Below, piece by piece: positions 19,988 to 29,692 of a DNA stretch of 64,000 nt. A model generated the notes under the pieces. It was not told where the DNA came from. It did not search any database and saw nothing but the letters and a program-made list of their open reading frames with translations. The stretch is from Kangiella sp. (GTDB taxonomy: Bacteria; Pseudomonadota; Gammaproteobacteria; Enterobacterales; Kangiellaceae), in NCBI GenBank assembly GCA_036568325.1, contig DATCST010000061.1, positions 6,835-70,834 of the forward strand. Reading direction: 5' to 3'. The position numbers and the translations under genes were made by a program. Numbering within the stretch: position 1 is the stretch's first letter; each line of letters starts with the position of its first letter.

Positions 19988-21019
19988 ATGCAGTTCCAAT
20001 GTAACGATGCCACAATTGAAAGCACCCTGCTTTCCCATAAGAAGCTTGAAGAAATTATTCATGCTCAAACCTCTATTGCTCGCCTTGGCATCAATTTTGG
20101 AGCCATTCTCAAAGAAGCCGCTCAACAGTCTCAAATGCTAACCAACGCGGATGGTGCCGTTATTGAACTCATCGAAAATAATGAAATGGTCATCAGGGCT
20201 GCTTCTGGTATAGCCTCTCATTATTACGGAGTCAGGCGGGATAGTGCTAATAACATGTCATCTATCACTATCAAAAGCAGAAAGGCACTAATTGCCAACG
20301 ATACCGAAAATGACGACAGAGTCGATCAAGTTTCCCGAGAATCCATTGGTCACCGTTCGATGATTGTCTTCCCATTATCCCATGAAAATAAAGTCGTAGG
20401 AGTGTTGAAGGTTGTCTCTAAGAAACCCAACTTTTTTTCGATGGCAGAGCTTAAAATCATAGCTTACATGTCAGAGCTGGTCGCCAGTACCATGTTTCAT
20501 GCTCAGTACTATGCTCAGGATGAATTATTCCGTCGCGCCACTCAAGATGAACTCACAGGCCTTGCCAACCGTGCTTTATTTATGGATCACCTGCACCAGA
20601 ATATCGCACACGCTAGACGTGATGGCAGCAAAGTCGCAGTTATCGCTATTGATATGGATGGTCTGAAAGAATTGAACGATAATCATGGCCACCATATCGG
20701 CGATAAAGCATTAAAAACACTTGCTGCAAGACTCTTAGGAAAAATAAGAAGCTCCGATACAGTAGCCCGCTTCGGTGGTGATGAATTTGCCATTACCTTA
20801 TCTCCAGTCGATGACAAAAAATCGGCAGAGGCTGTTGTGACTAACTTAATTGACTCGCTGGATAAATCTATGCATGAGGATGGTAAAGAGTTCCAGCTAA
20901 GTGCCAGTTTTGGTATAGCCGTTTTTCCTGATGATACCGATGATGTCGATGAGTTACTTGAAATAGCCGATCAGAATATGTTCAATAACAAGCGTCAACG
21001 TAAAAAGTGTCGCAAATAA
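19988..21019 (+). CDS. GAF-GGDEF diguanylate cyclase
   Basis: GAF domain; intact RFGGDEF with RSSD I-site. Start moved to the ATG at 19988 behind GGGAG/AAGG. Confidence 0.93.
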   Translation: MQFQCNDATIESTLLSHKKLEEIIHAQTSIARLGINFGAILKEAAQQSQMLTNADGAVIELIENNEMVIRAASGIASHYYGVRRDSANNMSSITIKSRKALIANDTENDDRVDQVSRESIGHRSMIVFPLSHENKVVGVLKVVSKKPNFFSMAELKIIAYMSELVASTMFHAQYYAQDELFRRATQDELTGLANRALFMDHLHQNIAHARRDGSKVAVIAIDMDGLKELNDNHGHHIGDKALKTLAARLLGKIRSSDTVARFGGDEFAITLSPVDDKKSAEAVVTNLIDSLDKSMHEDGKEFQLSASFGIAVFPDDTDDVDELLEIADQNMFNNKRQRKKCRK

Positions 21020-21134
21020 ACTCTATTCACACATAATCTACTTTATTCACGCTACACTTACTTTTTCATTCTATCCATATTTTGAATTCATTTAGATTTA
21101 TGGAATCAATCCAAATTACTCTACGGAGGTTTCG

Positions 21135-21821
21135 ATGAAAGTACTAATGGTTCTCACCTCACATGACCAGCTGGGTGATACCGGCAATAAAACAGGCTTT
21201 TGGTTAGAAGAGTTTGCAGCGCCCTATTACACGCTACAAGATGCCGGTGTAGAAATTACGCTTGCCTCACCTAACGGCGGGCAACCTCCTCTCGATCCCA
21301 AAAGCGATGAACCTGATGCGCAAACTGAAGCAACTGAAAGATTTAAAAAAGACCAGCAAGCTCAGAAACAACTAGCGCATACCACAAAATTATCGGACAT
21401 TACTGCAGATGATTATGACGCTGTCTTTTACCCCGGTGGGCATGGTCCGCTTTGGGACTTATCGAATGATGAACACTCGATCAATCTTATAGAACAAATG
21501 ATTCAATCCAACAAACCCGTTGCAGCAGTTTGTCACGCACCAGGGGTTCTGTTAAAGGCCAAGGATAGCGATGGTTCGCCATTGGTTAAAGGCAAGTCTT
21601 TTACGGGCTTTAGCAATAGTGAAGAGAAAGCAGTAGGCTTGGAAACTGTTGTTCCATTTTTACTGGAATCTGTGGCTAAAGAGCAAGGCGCGAACTATAG
21701 CAAGGGTAATGACTGGGAGCCATACGTTACTCAAGATGGGTTACTCATTACCGGACAGAATCCTGCATCTTCAAAACCAGCAGCGGAAGCTTTATTGCAA
21801 ACGTTAAAAAGCATATCTTAA
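21135..21821 (+). CDS. DJ-1/PfpI family (class I GATase-like) protein
   Basis: TGFWLEE, FYPGGHGPLWDL, nucleophile AVCHAP, ITGQNPAS. Confidence 0.93.
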   Translation: MKVLMVLTSHDQLGDTGNKTGFWLEEFAAPYYTLQDAGVEITLASPNGGQPPLDPKSDEPDAQTEATERFKKDQQAQKQLAHTTKLSDITADDYDAVFYPGGHGPLWDLSNDEHSINLIEQMIQSNKPVAAVCHAPGVLLKAKDSDGSPLVKGKSFTGFSNSEEKAVGLETVVPFLLESVAKEQGANYSKGNDWEPYVTQDGLLITGQNPASSKPAAEALLQTLKSIS

Positions 21822-21832
21822 TAGACACAAAT

Positions 21833-21858
21833 TAAAGGCGTTCTTTGGGGCGCCTTTA
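21833..21858. terminator. Probable bidirectional terminator between convergent genes
   Basis: TAAAGGCG-N10-CGCCTTTA. Confidence 0.65.
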
Positions 21859-21875
21859 CTTCTCTCTATTTCGCC

Positions 21876-23309
21876 CTATTTACCACCCAAGGAAGCTTTT
21901 TGGTTTAGAGCTTGCAAGTCATCAATCGCCTTTTGATAGTTGTTGTCAGCAGCCTGCTGTAACCAATAACGGTATTGCTCGGTATTCCTTTCTGTGCCCA
22001 CTCCCTCAAAGAACATCTGGGCCACTTTATACTGTGATTCGCCATCATTCTGTTGCGCAGCTTTCAAATACCACTCAAAAGCCTTTTGTTCATTTTTAAC
22101 ACCCGGCTCACCAGTCTCGTATAAAGCTCCAAGGTTAAACTGTGCCAAGACATAGCCTTGTTCGGCAGCCTGTAGCCAAAGCTCTTGAGCCTTTTTCTTA
22201 TTTTTCCACCTGCCATTAAAATTATAATGAATCGTAGCCAGATTATTCATTGCTGCAAAACTATTATGATTTATTGCACGCTCGTACCAATAGACCGCCT
22301 TTCGGATATTTCTACTGGTACCCATGCCTTTTTCGTAATAATAACCCACGTAAAATAATGACTCCGAATCATTAGCTTTAGCGGCAACCATATAGTGTTC
22401 CAGTGCTTTTTTATAATCCTTTTCGACTCCGATGCCTTTGCTATACATTAAGCCTAAGTTGAAGTAAGCATTAATTTCATCTTGCTCTTTTGCTTTTACA
22501 AACCACTCGAACGCTTTGTGTGGATTTTTATTGACGCCAATTCCATTTAAATAGCAATATCCAACCTCGTTCATGGCGGTTGGATGTCCTAATTCTGCAG
22601 CTTTTTTGAAATGGTCGTAGGCAGCCTGCAAGTTCTTTTCAACACCATCACCATCCCGATAGGATAATCCTAGATAATATGTGGCTGCCATATGGTCTGC
22701 TCTTGCAGCCATTTTGTAGAGCTCTATCGCCTTGAAGTTGTCTTCTTCAACAACCTGTCCTATGTCATAAATATAGCCAAGTTCAAATTGAGCATCGGGA
22801 TCGCCATTAAAAGCAGCCTGGCTGAACCAATAAATAGCCTCTTCGTAATCCGCCTGGACACCCTCACCATAATAAAACAAGTAGGCCAAATTAAGCTGTG
22901 CATCAACCTCTCCATTCATTGAAGACAGTAGGTACCAGAAAACAGCTTCTTCATAATCTTGTTCAACCACTTCACCAGCGGAGTACATATAAGCAATATA
23001 AAATTGCGGTACGCTATAACCCAATTGAGCTAAACGATACATAAAGTAAAAAGCGTTTTCTTTTTCGCCAGCATCATAAAGGTCGACTGCATAATAAAAT
23101 TGGCTGTTATCATCCAGCAGTTCTTCTTGCTCAATAATGTCAAACAGTGGTTTTAATTTCGCTTTAACCCCTTCGTCCTCAAACCAGTCATTGACTTCAA
23201 ATTCCTCATAACGCTTTTCGGCATTCATGCGAACAGGATTTTCCTCTGCTCTTACAGGATTTTGCAGCAGTAATAAAGCCAATATAATTGTTAGTGGTTT
23301 AAGTAACAT
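21876..23309 (-). CDS. Secreted Sel1-like repeat protein
   Basis: Signal peptide, then roughly ten AQxxLGxxYxxGxGVxxD/N repeats. Confidence 0.93.
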   Translation of the reverse strand: MLLKPLTIILALLLLQNPVRAEENPVRMNAEKRYEEFEVNDWFEDEGVKAKLKPLFDIIEQEELLDDNSQFYYAVDLYDAGEKENAFYFMYRLAQLGYSVPQFYIAYMYSAGEVVEQDYEEAVFWYLLSSMNGEVDAQLNLAYLFYYGEGVQADYEEAIYWFSQAAFNGDPDAQFELGYIYDIGQVVEEDNFKAIELYKMAARADHMAATYYLGLSYRDGDGVEKNLQAAYDHFKKAAELGHPTAMNEVGYCYLNGIGVNKNPHKAFEWFVKAKEQDEINAYFNLGLMYSKGIGVEKDYKKALEHYMVAAKANDSESLFYVGYYYEKGMGTSRNIRKAVYWYERAINHNSFAAMNNLATIHYNFNGRWKNKKKAQELWLQAAEQGYVLAQFNLGALYETGEPGVKNEQKAFEWYLKAAQQNDGESQYKVAQMFFEGVGTERNTEQYRYWLQQAADNNYQKAIDDLQALNQKASLGGK

Positions 23310-23315
23310 GAATTC

Positions 23316-23933
23316 TTAACTCGCCAGTTGCCTCAAGGCTAATCGAATAAGCTCTTCACTCTTAACGTCATCCTGAGCGACTTGAGCCACTGCTTTGCTA
23401 GCAATCTGTGGTTTATAGCCAAGTGCAATCAATGCACTGACCGCTTCTTGTGATGCATCTGTTTTTGCTACTTGAGCAATGGAGGCATCAGAAGGCTTAC
23501 TTGATGGCAGACCGGCACTAATTGACCAATCTTTAAGACGATCTGACATCTCAACCAACAAGCGCTCCGCCGTTTTCTTGCCGACCCCGGGTAACTTAAC
23601 CAAGCGATCCACGTTGCCATCATGCACTGTCATCACAAACTCATCCGTTTCCATGCCAGATAAAATACCGAGAGCCAGTTTAGGGCCTACGCCATTCACT
23701 TTAATCAGTTCACGAAATAAAGCGCGGTCTTTAGTGCTGATAAAACCATAAAGCGCATGCAAGTTTTCTGAGATCGACATGTGAGTTGAAAGAATGGCTT
23801 GTTCACCCTCTTCTGGTAGCTGGTAAAAAGTCGTCATCGGAACCTGGATTTCGTAACCGACACCAGCGCTGGTTTCGATAATGACGAAAGGAGGGATTTT
23901 TTCGATTAATGTACCGCGTATTCTTCCAATCAA
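23316..23933 (-). CDS. ruvA: Holliday junction DNA-binding protein RuvA
   Basis: [32 protein letters not shown] motifs. Confidence 0.98.
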   Translation of the reverse strand: MIGRIRGTLIEKIPPFVIIETSAGVGYEIQVPMTTFYQLPEEGEQAILSTHMSISENLHALYGFISTKDRALFRELIKVNGVGPKLALGILSGMETDEFVMTVHDGNVDRLVKLPGVGKKTAERLLVEMSDRLKDWSISAGLPSSKPSDASIAQVAKTDASQEAVSALIALGYKPQIASKAVAQVAQDDVKSEELIRLALRQLAS

Positions 23934-24460
23934 CGTAAACGTCCTCTGGTTATTGTTTTAGCACCCTTCAACTGAATTAACCCTTGCGAGGTATTGGCGT
24001 GACACAAAGCCACTGCCAAAGCATCAGCCGCGTCAGCCTGAGGGCTGGTAGGTAATTTTAACAAGGCCTTGACCATGTGCTGAACCTGGGATTTATCGGC
24101 TCCACCAGTTCCTACGACAGATTGCTTGACCTTTGTTGCAGGGTATTCTGAAACTGGCAAAGCATAATGGCTGGCCGCCACAATCGCAGCGCCGCGTGCT
24201 TGACCCAGTTTCAAAGCCGAGTCTGCATTCTTCGACAGAAACACCGACTCAATGGCAAACTCATCAGGCTTAAACTCCTGAATTAACTCACACACACTAT
24301 CAAAAATCTGCTTCAGCTTTAAATCCAAAGTTTCTTGCTTGATGCGAATACAGCCGCTGGTGATGTAGCGAGGCTTATTCGCCGGAATTTGACCGCCCAC
24401 TTCGATAATACCGAAGCCCGTCAGGCGTGAGCCAGGGTCAATTCCAAGGATGATAGGCAT
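23930..24460 (-). CDS. ruvC: Crossover junction endonuclease RuvC
   Basis: [34 protein letters not shown] motifs. Confidence 0.98.
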   Translation of the reverse strand: MPIILGIDPGSRLTGFGIIEVGGQIPANKPRYITSGCIRIKQETLDLKLKQIFDSVCELIQEFKPDEFAIESVFLSKNADSALKLGQARGAAIVAASHYALPVSEYPATKVKQSVVGTGGADKSQVQHMVKALLKLPTSPQADAADALAVALCHANTSQGLIQLKGAKTITRGRLR

Positions 24461-24503
24461 TAAAGCTCCAATCAGATAAAAAGATGCTTATATTCAATCG
24501 CCT

Positions 24504-24532
24504 ATTAGACTTTTTCTAGGAGCAATGGTCAA
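24504..24532 (-). promoter_or_regulatory. Candidate sigma70 promoter of ruvC-ruvA
   Basis: TTGACC-N17-TCTAAT. Confidence 0.6.
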
Positions 24533-24617
24533 GGCGGCAGAAAGGGGACTTGGAAGTAAGCTGGAGATACACCTGAGAGACAGAACTAATGCCATGAGCC
24601 CCAGCAATTGTAAAAGA

Positions 24618-24648
24618 AGCAGATTCTGAATCCAGTTCAGAATGACAA
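24618..24648 (-). repeat. TGTC-tagged REP-like palindrome, copy 1
   Basis: Minus strand reads TTGTC-ATTCTGAA-CTGGA-TTCAGAAT-CTGCT. Confidence 0.75.
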
Positions 24649-24695
24649 AACTTGGGGCTTAGTATAAAAGCCGCATCGAATATACCTCTAACGAT

Positions 24696-24820
24696 TAGAA
24701 GCTCTCTAAGCGAAGGCAGGACGAGGTAAAATGATTGTGAAACTCAGGAGTTTACTAATTGTAAATGACTTAGTTTCACAATCACTTTAACGAAGTATCT
24801 CCAAAGAATAGGAGCTTCTA
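24696..24820. mobile_element. 125-bp ERIC/IRU-like palindromic MITE, family B
   Basis: Perfect 9-bp terminal IR TAGAAGCTC/GAGCTTCTA; inner IR TGATTGTGAAACT/AGTTTCACAATCA; core CAGGAGTTTAC-TAATT-GTAAATGACT resembles the enterobacterial ERIC core as I recall it; the right TA is part of the yebC stop codon. Confidence 0.8.
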
Positions 24821-25561
24821 GACGAGGTCGTAAGATTCAGAGGGAATATCAGCGTTCGTATAAACATTCTGCGTATCGTCCAACTCTTCTAGACGATCAA
24901 CCAGACGAATCACTTTAGCACCATCATTAACGTCTAATTCAGCTTGGGTCGATGGCAACATGGAGACTTCTGCGTTTTCTGGCTTAAAACCTGCTTTGAC
25001 TAACGCCTCTTTAATATCAAGGAAATCTTCGGGTGCCGTTTGAAGCTCAAAGGAACCATCATCGTGGGCAACAAGATCTTCTGCACCGGCTTCTAATGCC
25101 GCTTCCATCAGTGCTTCCTCTTCGACATTATCGCCAAAAATGAACTGTCCTTTTTTCTCGAACAGATATGCCACAGAACCATTGGTGCCAAGATTACCAC
25201 CATGTTTCGTAAAAGCATGTCGAACTTCGCCAACGGTGCGATTTTTATTGTCGGTCATGCACTCGACCAATATAGCAACACCACCGGGACCGTAACCTTC
25301 GTAGGTTAGCTCTTCGTAGTTGTCGCCTTCAGCATTACCGGTACCACGATCAATAGCTTTCTCGATGGTATCTTTTTTCATGTTTGCGCCGAGCGCTTTG
25401 TCCATGGCGGCTCTAAGTCTTGGGTTATCATTGGGATCGCCACCACCTTCTTTCGCAGCAACTACTAACTCACGAATGATTTTAGTAAAGATTTTCCCGC
25501 GTTTAGCATCTTGAGCTGCTTTGCGGTGTTTGATGTTTGCCCATTTACTGTGACCAGCCAT
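24818..25561 (-). CDS. yebC: YebC/PmpR family protein
   Basis: [29 protein letters not shown] motifs. Confidence 0.98.
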   Translation of the reverse strand: MAGHSKWANIKHRKAAQDAKRGKIFTKIIRELVVAAKEGGGDPNDNPRLRAAMDKALGANMKKDTIEKAIDRGTGNAEGDNYEELTYEGYGPGGVAILVECMTDNKNRTVGEVRHAFTKHGGNLGTNGSVAYLFEKKGQFIFGDNVEEEALMEAALEAGAEDLVAHDDGSFELQTAPEDFLDIKEALVKAGFKPENAEVSMLPSTQAELDVNDGAKVIRLVDRLEELDDTQNVYTNADIPSESYDLV

Positions 25562-25854
25562 TGCATACTCCTCCCGAACTTTTGGTCGTCACAATTTCTT
25601 TGTTATAAAGTTTGTTCAAGCTTGTCATTTAGCGAATGTAAAATCCGCTCTTTCTCAAACTTTATGCCGCGAAATTGTTTAGCCCAAAGCGTTCTCTTAT
25701 CTTCAAGCCTATACTTTTCTTTCTGTAACTTCGGAGCTAACTTTTACGCTCCGCTATAAAATTTCTTTTTGCCGCGTTAGAGTTTCGCCGGGGCTGCCCC
25801 CTTGGGTATAATCCTTCTCTTACACGTTTTTTTAATCTTTATAAATTCCAACTA

Positions 25855-25888
25855 AAAAGCCCAAAGTGCTATTTGTCTTTGGGCTTTT
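25855..25888 (-). terminator. aspS intrinsic terminator
   Basis: AAAAGCCCAAAG-N10-CTTTGGGCTTTT, just past the aspS stop codon. Confidence 0.8.
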
Positions 25889-25898
25889 AATATTGATA

Positions 25899-27671
25899 TT
25901 ACTGCTCTTTCTTCTTAACCTGAATACCAAGTTCATCCAGCTGCTTCTCTTCGACAATGCTTGGTGCTTGTGTCAAAGGACAACTGGCAGTGGTGGTTTT
26001 AGGGAAGGCGATAACATCACGGATGGAGTCTGCGCCGACCATCAGCATAACCAAGCGGTCTAAACCGAATGCCAAACCACCATGTGGCGGACAACCGAAT
26101 TTTAATGCATCCAATAAGAAGCCGAACTTTTCTTTCTGCTCGGTTTCATCAATACCTAGAATATCGAATACGGTTTCCTGCATGTCCTGATTGTGGATAC
26201 GAATCGAACCACCCCCCACTTCACTACCATTAAGAACCATGTCATAAGCTTTAGATAAAGTCTCAGTTGGGTTAGCTTTAACTGCCGCCACATCGTTTTC
26301 TTTCGGTGCAGTAAATGGATGGTGCAAGGCATGAATCTCACCATCAATTTCTTCAAACATTGGGAAGTCGACGACCCACAATGGCTTCCACTCATCACGT
26401 AGCAATTCAAGGTCCGCTGCCACTTTAAGGCGCAATGCACCCATAGCATCAGCTACTACTCGCTTGGTGTCCGAGCCGAAGAAGATAATGTCGCCTTCTT
26501 GGGCACCGACTTTCTCAACAATAGCTAGTGCTTTGTCGTCGCCAAGGAACTTCAGAATTGGACTTTGCAGGTTTTCAGCACCCTGCCCGTTGACCTTCAT
26601 CCAGGCCAAGCCTTTGGCGCCATAGATACCGACAAAGTTAGTGTATTCATCAATTTGCTTACGGCTTAATTGCGCACCACCCGGTACACGAAGCGCCGCT
26701 ACACGGCTTTGTTCATCGTTAGCAGGGCCAGAAAATACTTTAAACTCAACGCCTTTTACAATTTCATCAACCGTGAACAACTCCATATCGGTACGCAAAT
26801 CAGGTTTGTCCGAACCATAACGATCCATCGCCTCGGCATAACTCATGCGCGGGAATGTTGGTAGTTCGACACCTTTAAGTTCTTGGAACAGATGACGGAT
26901 CAAACCTTCCATCAACGCCATTACCTCTTCCTGATCGAGGAATGAGGTTTCAATATCCAGCTGGGTAAATTCCGGCTGGCGATCAGCGCGCAAGTCTTCA
27001 TCACGGAAGCACTTAACGATCTGGTAATAACGATCAAAGCCGGACATCATCAACAACTGCTTAAACAACTGAGGTGATTGCGGCAATGCGTAGAAAGAAC
27101 CTTTATGTACACGGCTCGGTACCAAGTAATCACGCGCACCTTCTGGTGTCGCTTTAGTCAAAATCGGTGTTTCAACATCAATAAAACCATGCTCATCCAT
27201 ATAGCGGCGCATGGCACTAGTCACTTTATGGCGGAAAATCATGTTTTGCGCCATGTCTGGACGACGCAAATCAAGGTAACGGTATTTCAGCCGTTGTTCT
27301 TCTGATGCTTCCAGGTTTTCATCAATAGGAATCGCTGGCGGCTGTGCTTTATTGAGGATAGTCAGCTCTTGCGCCAATACCTCGATTTCGCCGGTGGTCA
27401 TATTTTTATTGACCATCTCATCTGGGCGAGCACGCACCTGGCCTTTGACCTGAACCACAAACTCATTACGAAGCTGCTCTGCAGTAGCAAACAACTCATT
27501 AAAGTCAGGATCAACCACTACCTGTATCAAACCGCTACGGTCACGCACCTGAAGAAAAATAAGCCCTCCAAGATCACGACGACGATGAACCCAGCCTGAC
27601 AATGTAACCGATTGATTTACTTCGTTTTTTGATAGTTCGCCACAGTAGTGGCTTCGCATTTTGCTTGTCAT
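25899..27671 (-). CDS. aspS: Aspartyl-tRNA synthetase
   Basis: [46 protein letters not shown] motifs. Confidence 0.99.
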   Translation of the reverse strand: MTSKMRSHYCGELSKNEVNQSVTLSGWVHRRRDLGGLIFLQVRDRSGLIQVVVDPDFNELFATAEQLRNEFVVQVKGQVRARPDEMVNKNMTTGEIEVLAQELTILNKAQPPAIPIDENLEASEEQRLKYRYLDLRRPDMAQNMIFRHKVTSAMRRYMDEHGFIDVETPILTKATPEGARDYLVPSRVHKGSFYALPQSPQLFKQLLMMSGFDRYYQIVKCFRDEDLRADRQPEFTQLDIETSFLDQEEVMALMEGLIRHLFQELKGVELPTFPRMSYAEAMDRYGSDKPDLRTDMELFTVDEIVKGVEFKVFSGPANDEQSRVAALRVPGGAQLSRKQIDEYTNFVGIYGAKGLAWMKVNGQGAENLQSPILKFLGDDKALAIVEKVGAQEGDIIFFGSDTKRVVADAMGALRLKVAADLELLRDEWKPLWVVDFPMFEEIDGEIHALHHPFTAPKENDVAAVKANPTETLSKAYDMVLNGSEVGGGSIRIHNQDMQETVFDILGIDETEQKEKFGFLLDALKFGCPPHGGLAFGLDRLVMLMVGADSIRDVIAFPKTTTASCPLTQAPSIVEEKQLDELGIQVKKKEQ

Positions 27672-27820
27672 AGGTATTTCTGCCTGAAACCTGAATTATT
27701 TAAGAGGGAAAAACCCCGAAAAAACGCAGTATGGTACGCCACAGCTTGCCGAGTAGCAAGCTGGAAGCCCCTGAAATGCTTAATTTTACCCCAGTTGCTG
27801 GTGTTCGGTTAAGCGCTCTT

Positions 27821-27860
27821 GTGTCATAAAAGTTTCTAACGGTTGCCACGCTGTTGTCAC
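27821..27860 (+). promoter_or_regulatory. Pho-box-like 11-bp direct-repeat array upstream of the olsF-like gene
   Basis: TGTCAT (27822), TTTCTA (27833), TGCCAC (27844), TGTCAC (27855), exactly 11 bp apart; the first reads GTGTCATAAAA. Confidence 0.6.
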
Positions 27861-27944
27861 TTTGCGCTGAAAAAATAGCCAGCATGAAAAAATATTTAGA
27901 CAAGGCTGTTTTACAGCAAACAACTCATTTGGGAGTCGATGCTT

Positions 27945-29642
27945 ATGATAGATAGCAATAACCTGGTGGGGCAACTCTTACCCAAACTGGAGCAATCACC
28001 GCGCATTAAGTCAGGAGTATCGCGTCTTATCGCCAACTTGTTCCATGAGCAAGAAATCAATCGGTTTATCAAGCAGAACCAGCATTTGTCACCCTGCGAC
28101 TTTCTGGAAAAGACCAATGAACGCTTGGGGCTAAGCTATTCTGTCAGCAATTCTTCGTTAGAAAATATCCCCGTGTCAGGGCGCGTGGTGATCATTGCCA
28201 ACCACCCGTTAGGCTCACTGGATGGGCTTGCGTTACTAGCTTTAGTACATTCGGTTCGCAAGGATGTCAAAATCGTGGTTAACGAACTGTTAGGGGCAAT
28301 GGCACCACTGCGTCCGTTTTTCTTAGGCGTTAACAATATTACCGGACAAAGCAGCCGCGATAAAATTCAGCAAATCCATCAGTCTCTGGACAATGAACAA
28401 GCAGTGATCTTCTTTCCAGCTGGTGAGGTATCACGTTTATCTATCAAGGGTGTGCGTGATGGTAAATGGCACTCTGGTTTCCTGCGCACGGCTAAACAGA
28501 AGAAAGCGCCTATTTTACCCATTCATGTTGGAGGCAAAAACTCCAAGTTCTTTTATGGATTATCGCTGATTGCCAAACCAGTCAGCGCCTTGTTGTTAGT
28601 ACGTGAAATGTTTAAGCATGTCTCGCTAACACTGCCACTGAAAGTTGGTAAATTAATACCCTACGCTTCTTTTAGCGGCATGTCGCCGGCCAGCAAGGAC
28701 AGTATCGCTCGCTTCAAACAACACCTCTATGGCTTGAAGAAAAACAAGAGTGGGCTATTTGAAACCGAGCAGTCGATTGCACACCCCGAAAAAAAGCAAT
28801 TGCTCAAAGAAGAGTTAAGTCTCTGTCGCTTGATTGGTCAAACCCATGATGGCAAAAAGATTTACCTGCTTGAAAATACCTCTGACTCTGTTCTGCTTCG
28901 CGAAATAGGTCGTCTTCGAGAAGTCGCTTTTCGAATGGTAGGCGAAGGCACAGGCAACCGTCGTGATATCGACAAGTTCGATTATTATTACAAACATATC
29001 GTGTTATGGGACGAGCATGATTTAGAAATAGTCGGTAGCTACCGCATTGCCGACATTAATCGGCTGCCAACCGAGCAAGAACTGTATTCCGAAACTCTGT
29101 TCGGATACGAAGACCAGTTGCGTCAAAAATTCCCAATGGCCATGGAGCTCGGTAGAAGTTTTGTTCAACCGCGCTACTGGGGCAAACGTAGCCTCGATTA
29201 TTTATGGTTCGGCATTGGCGCCTACCTGCGAGAAAATCCGCATGTCCGCTATTTGTTTGGCCCAATTAGTCTTAGCAATGACTATCCAGAATTTGCCAAA
29301 GACCTGATTATTTACTTTTACCAGAAATTTTATGGTGCTCCCTTATTATTGGCGCGCTCGTTCAATGCCTACCGCATCAAGCCAGTACAAAAAGCCAAAC
29401 TGGAAAAGCTGTTCAATCATCTGGATGAGAAAGAAGCTTTTGCGGCGTTGAAATCAGAGCTGGGCAAACTGGGTAGTAATGTTCCGACCCTCTTTAAACA
29501 ATACAGTGATCTGTGTATTGAGGGGGGTGTTGAGTTTCATGACTTTGGGGCAGATCCAGCTTTTGGAGACTGCATTGATAGCGTGGTGTGGATCGACTTA
29601 CTGAAGTTAAAAGATAAGAAGCGCAAACGTTACATTGATTAG
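27945..29642 (+). CDS. olsF: Bifunctional PlsC-like O-acyltransferase / GNAT N-acyltransferase (OlsF-like aminolipid synthase)
   Basis: NHPLGSLD (HX4D) and FFPAGEVS acyltransferase motifs; C-terminal GRLREVAFR, DKFDYYYKHIVLWD, ELGRSFV and LWFGIG. Start placed at the second ATG (27945). Confidence 0.75.
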   Translation: MIDSNNLVGQLLPKLEQSPRIKSGVSRLIANLFHEQEINRFIKQNQHLSPCDFLEKTNERLGLSYSVSNSSLENIPVSGRVVIIANHPLGSLDGLALLALVHSVRKDVKIVVNELLGAMAPLRPFFLGVNNITGQSSRDKIQQIHQSLDNEQAVIFFPAGEVSRLSIKGVRDGKWHSGFLRTAKQKKAPILPIHVGGKNSKFFYGLSLIAKPVSALLLVREMFKHVSLTLPLKVGKLIPYASFSGMSPASKDSIARFKQHLYGLKKNKSGLFETEQSIAHPEKKQLLKEELSLCRLIGQTHDGKKIYLLENTSDSVLLREIGRLREVAFRMVGEGTGNRRDIDKFDYYYKHIVLWDEHDLEIVGSYRIADINRLPTEQELYSETLFGYEDQLRQKFPMAMELGRSFVQPRYWGKRSLDYLWFGIGAYLRENPHVRYLFGPISLSNDYPEFAKDLIIYFYQKFYGAPLLLARSFNAYRIKPVQKAKLEKLFNHLDEKEAFAALKSELGKLGSNVPTLFKQYSDLCIEGGVEFHDFGADPAFGDCIDSVVWIDLLKLKDKKRKRYID

Positions 29643-29692
29643 TCTTATATTCTTGTCGCCATTTATTGTCACCCAGTCCAAAAGACCTGTTG

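Noticed and set aside
25603-25743. 46-codon stop-free stretch (KLAPKLQKEKYRLEDKRTLWAKQF...) between aspS and yebC, possibly a gene remnant
   Set aside because: No start codon or RBS after the upstream TAA and no recognisable family; it could arise by chance.
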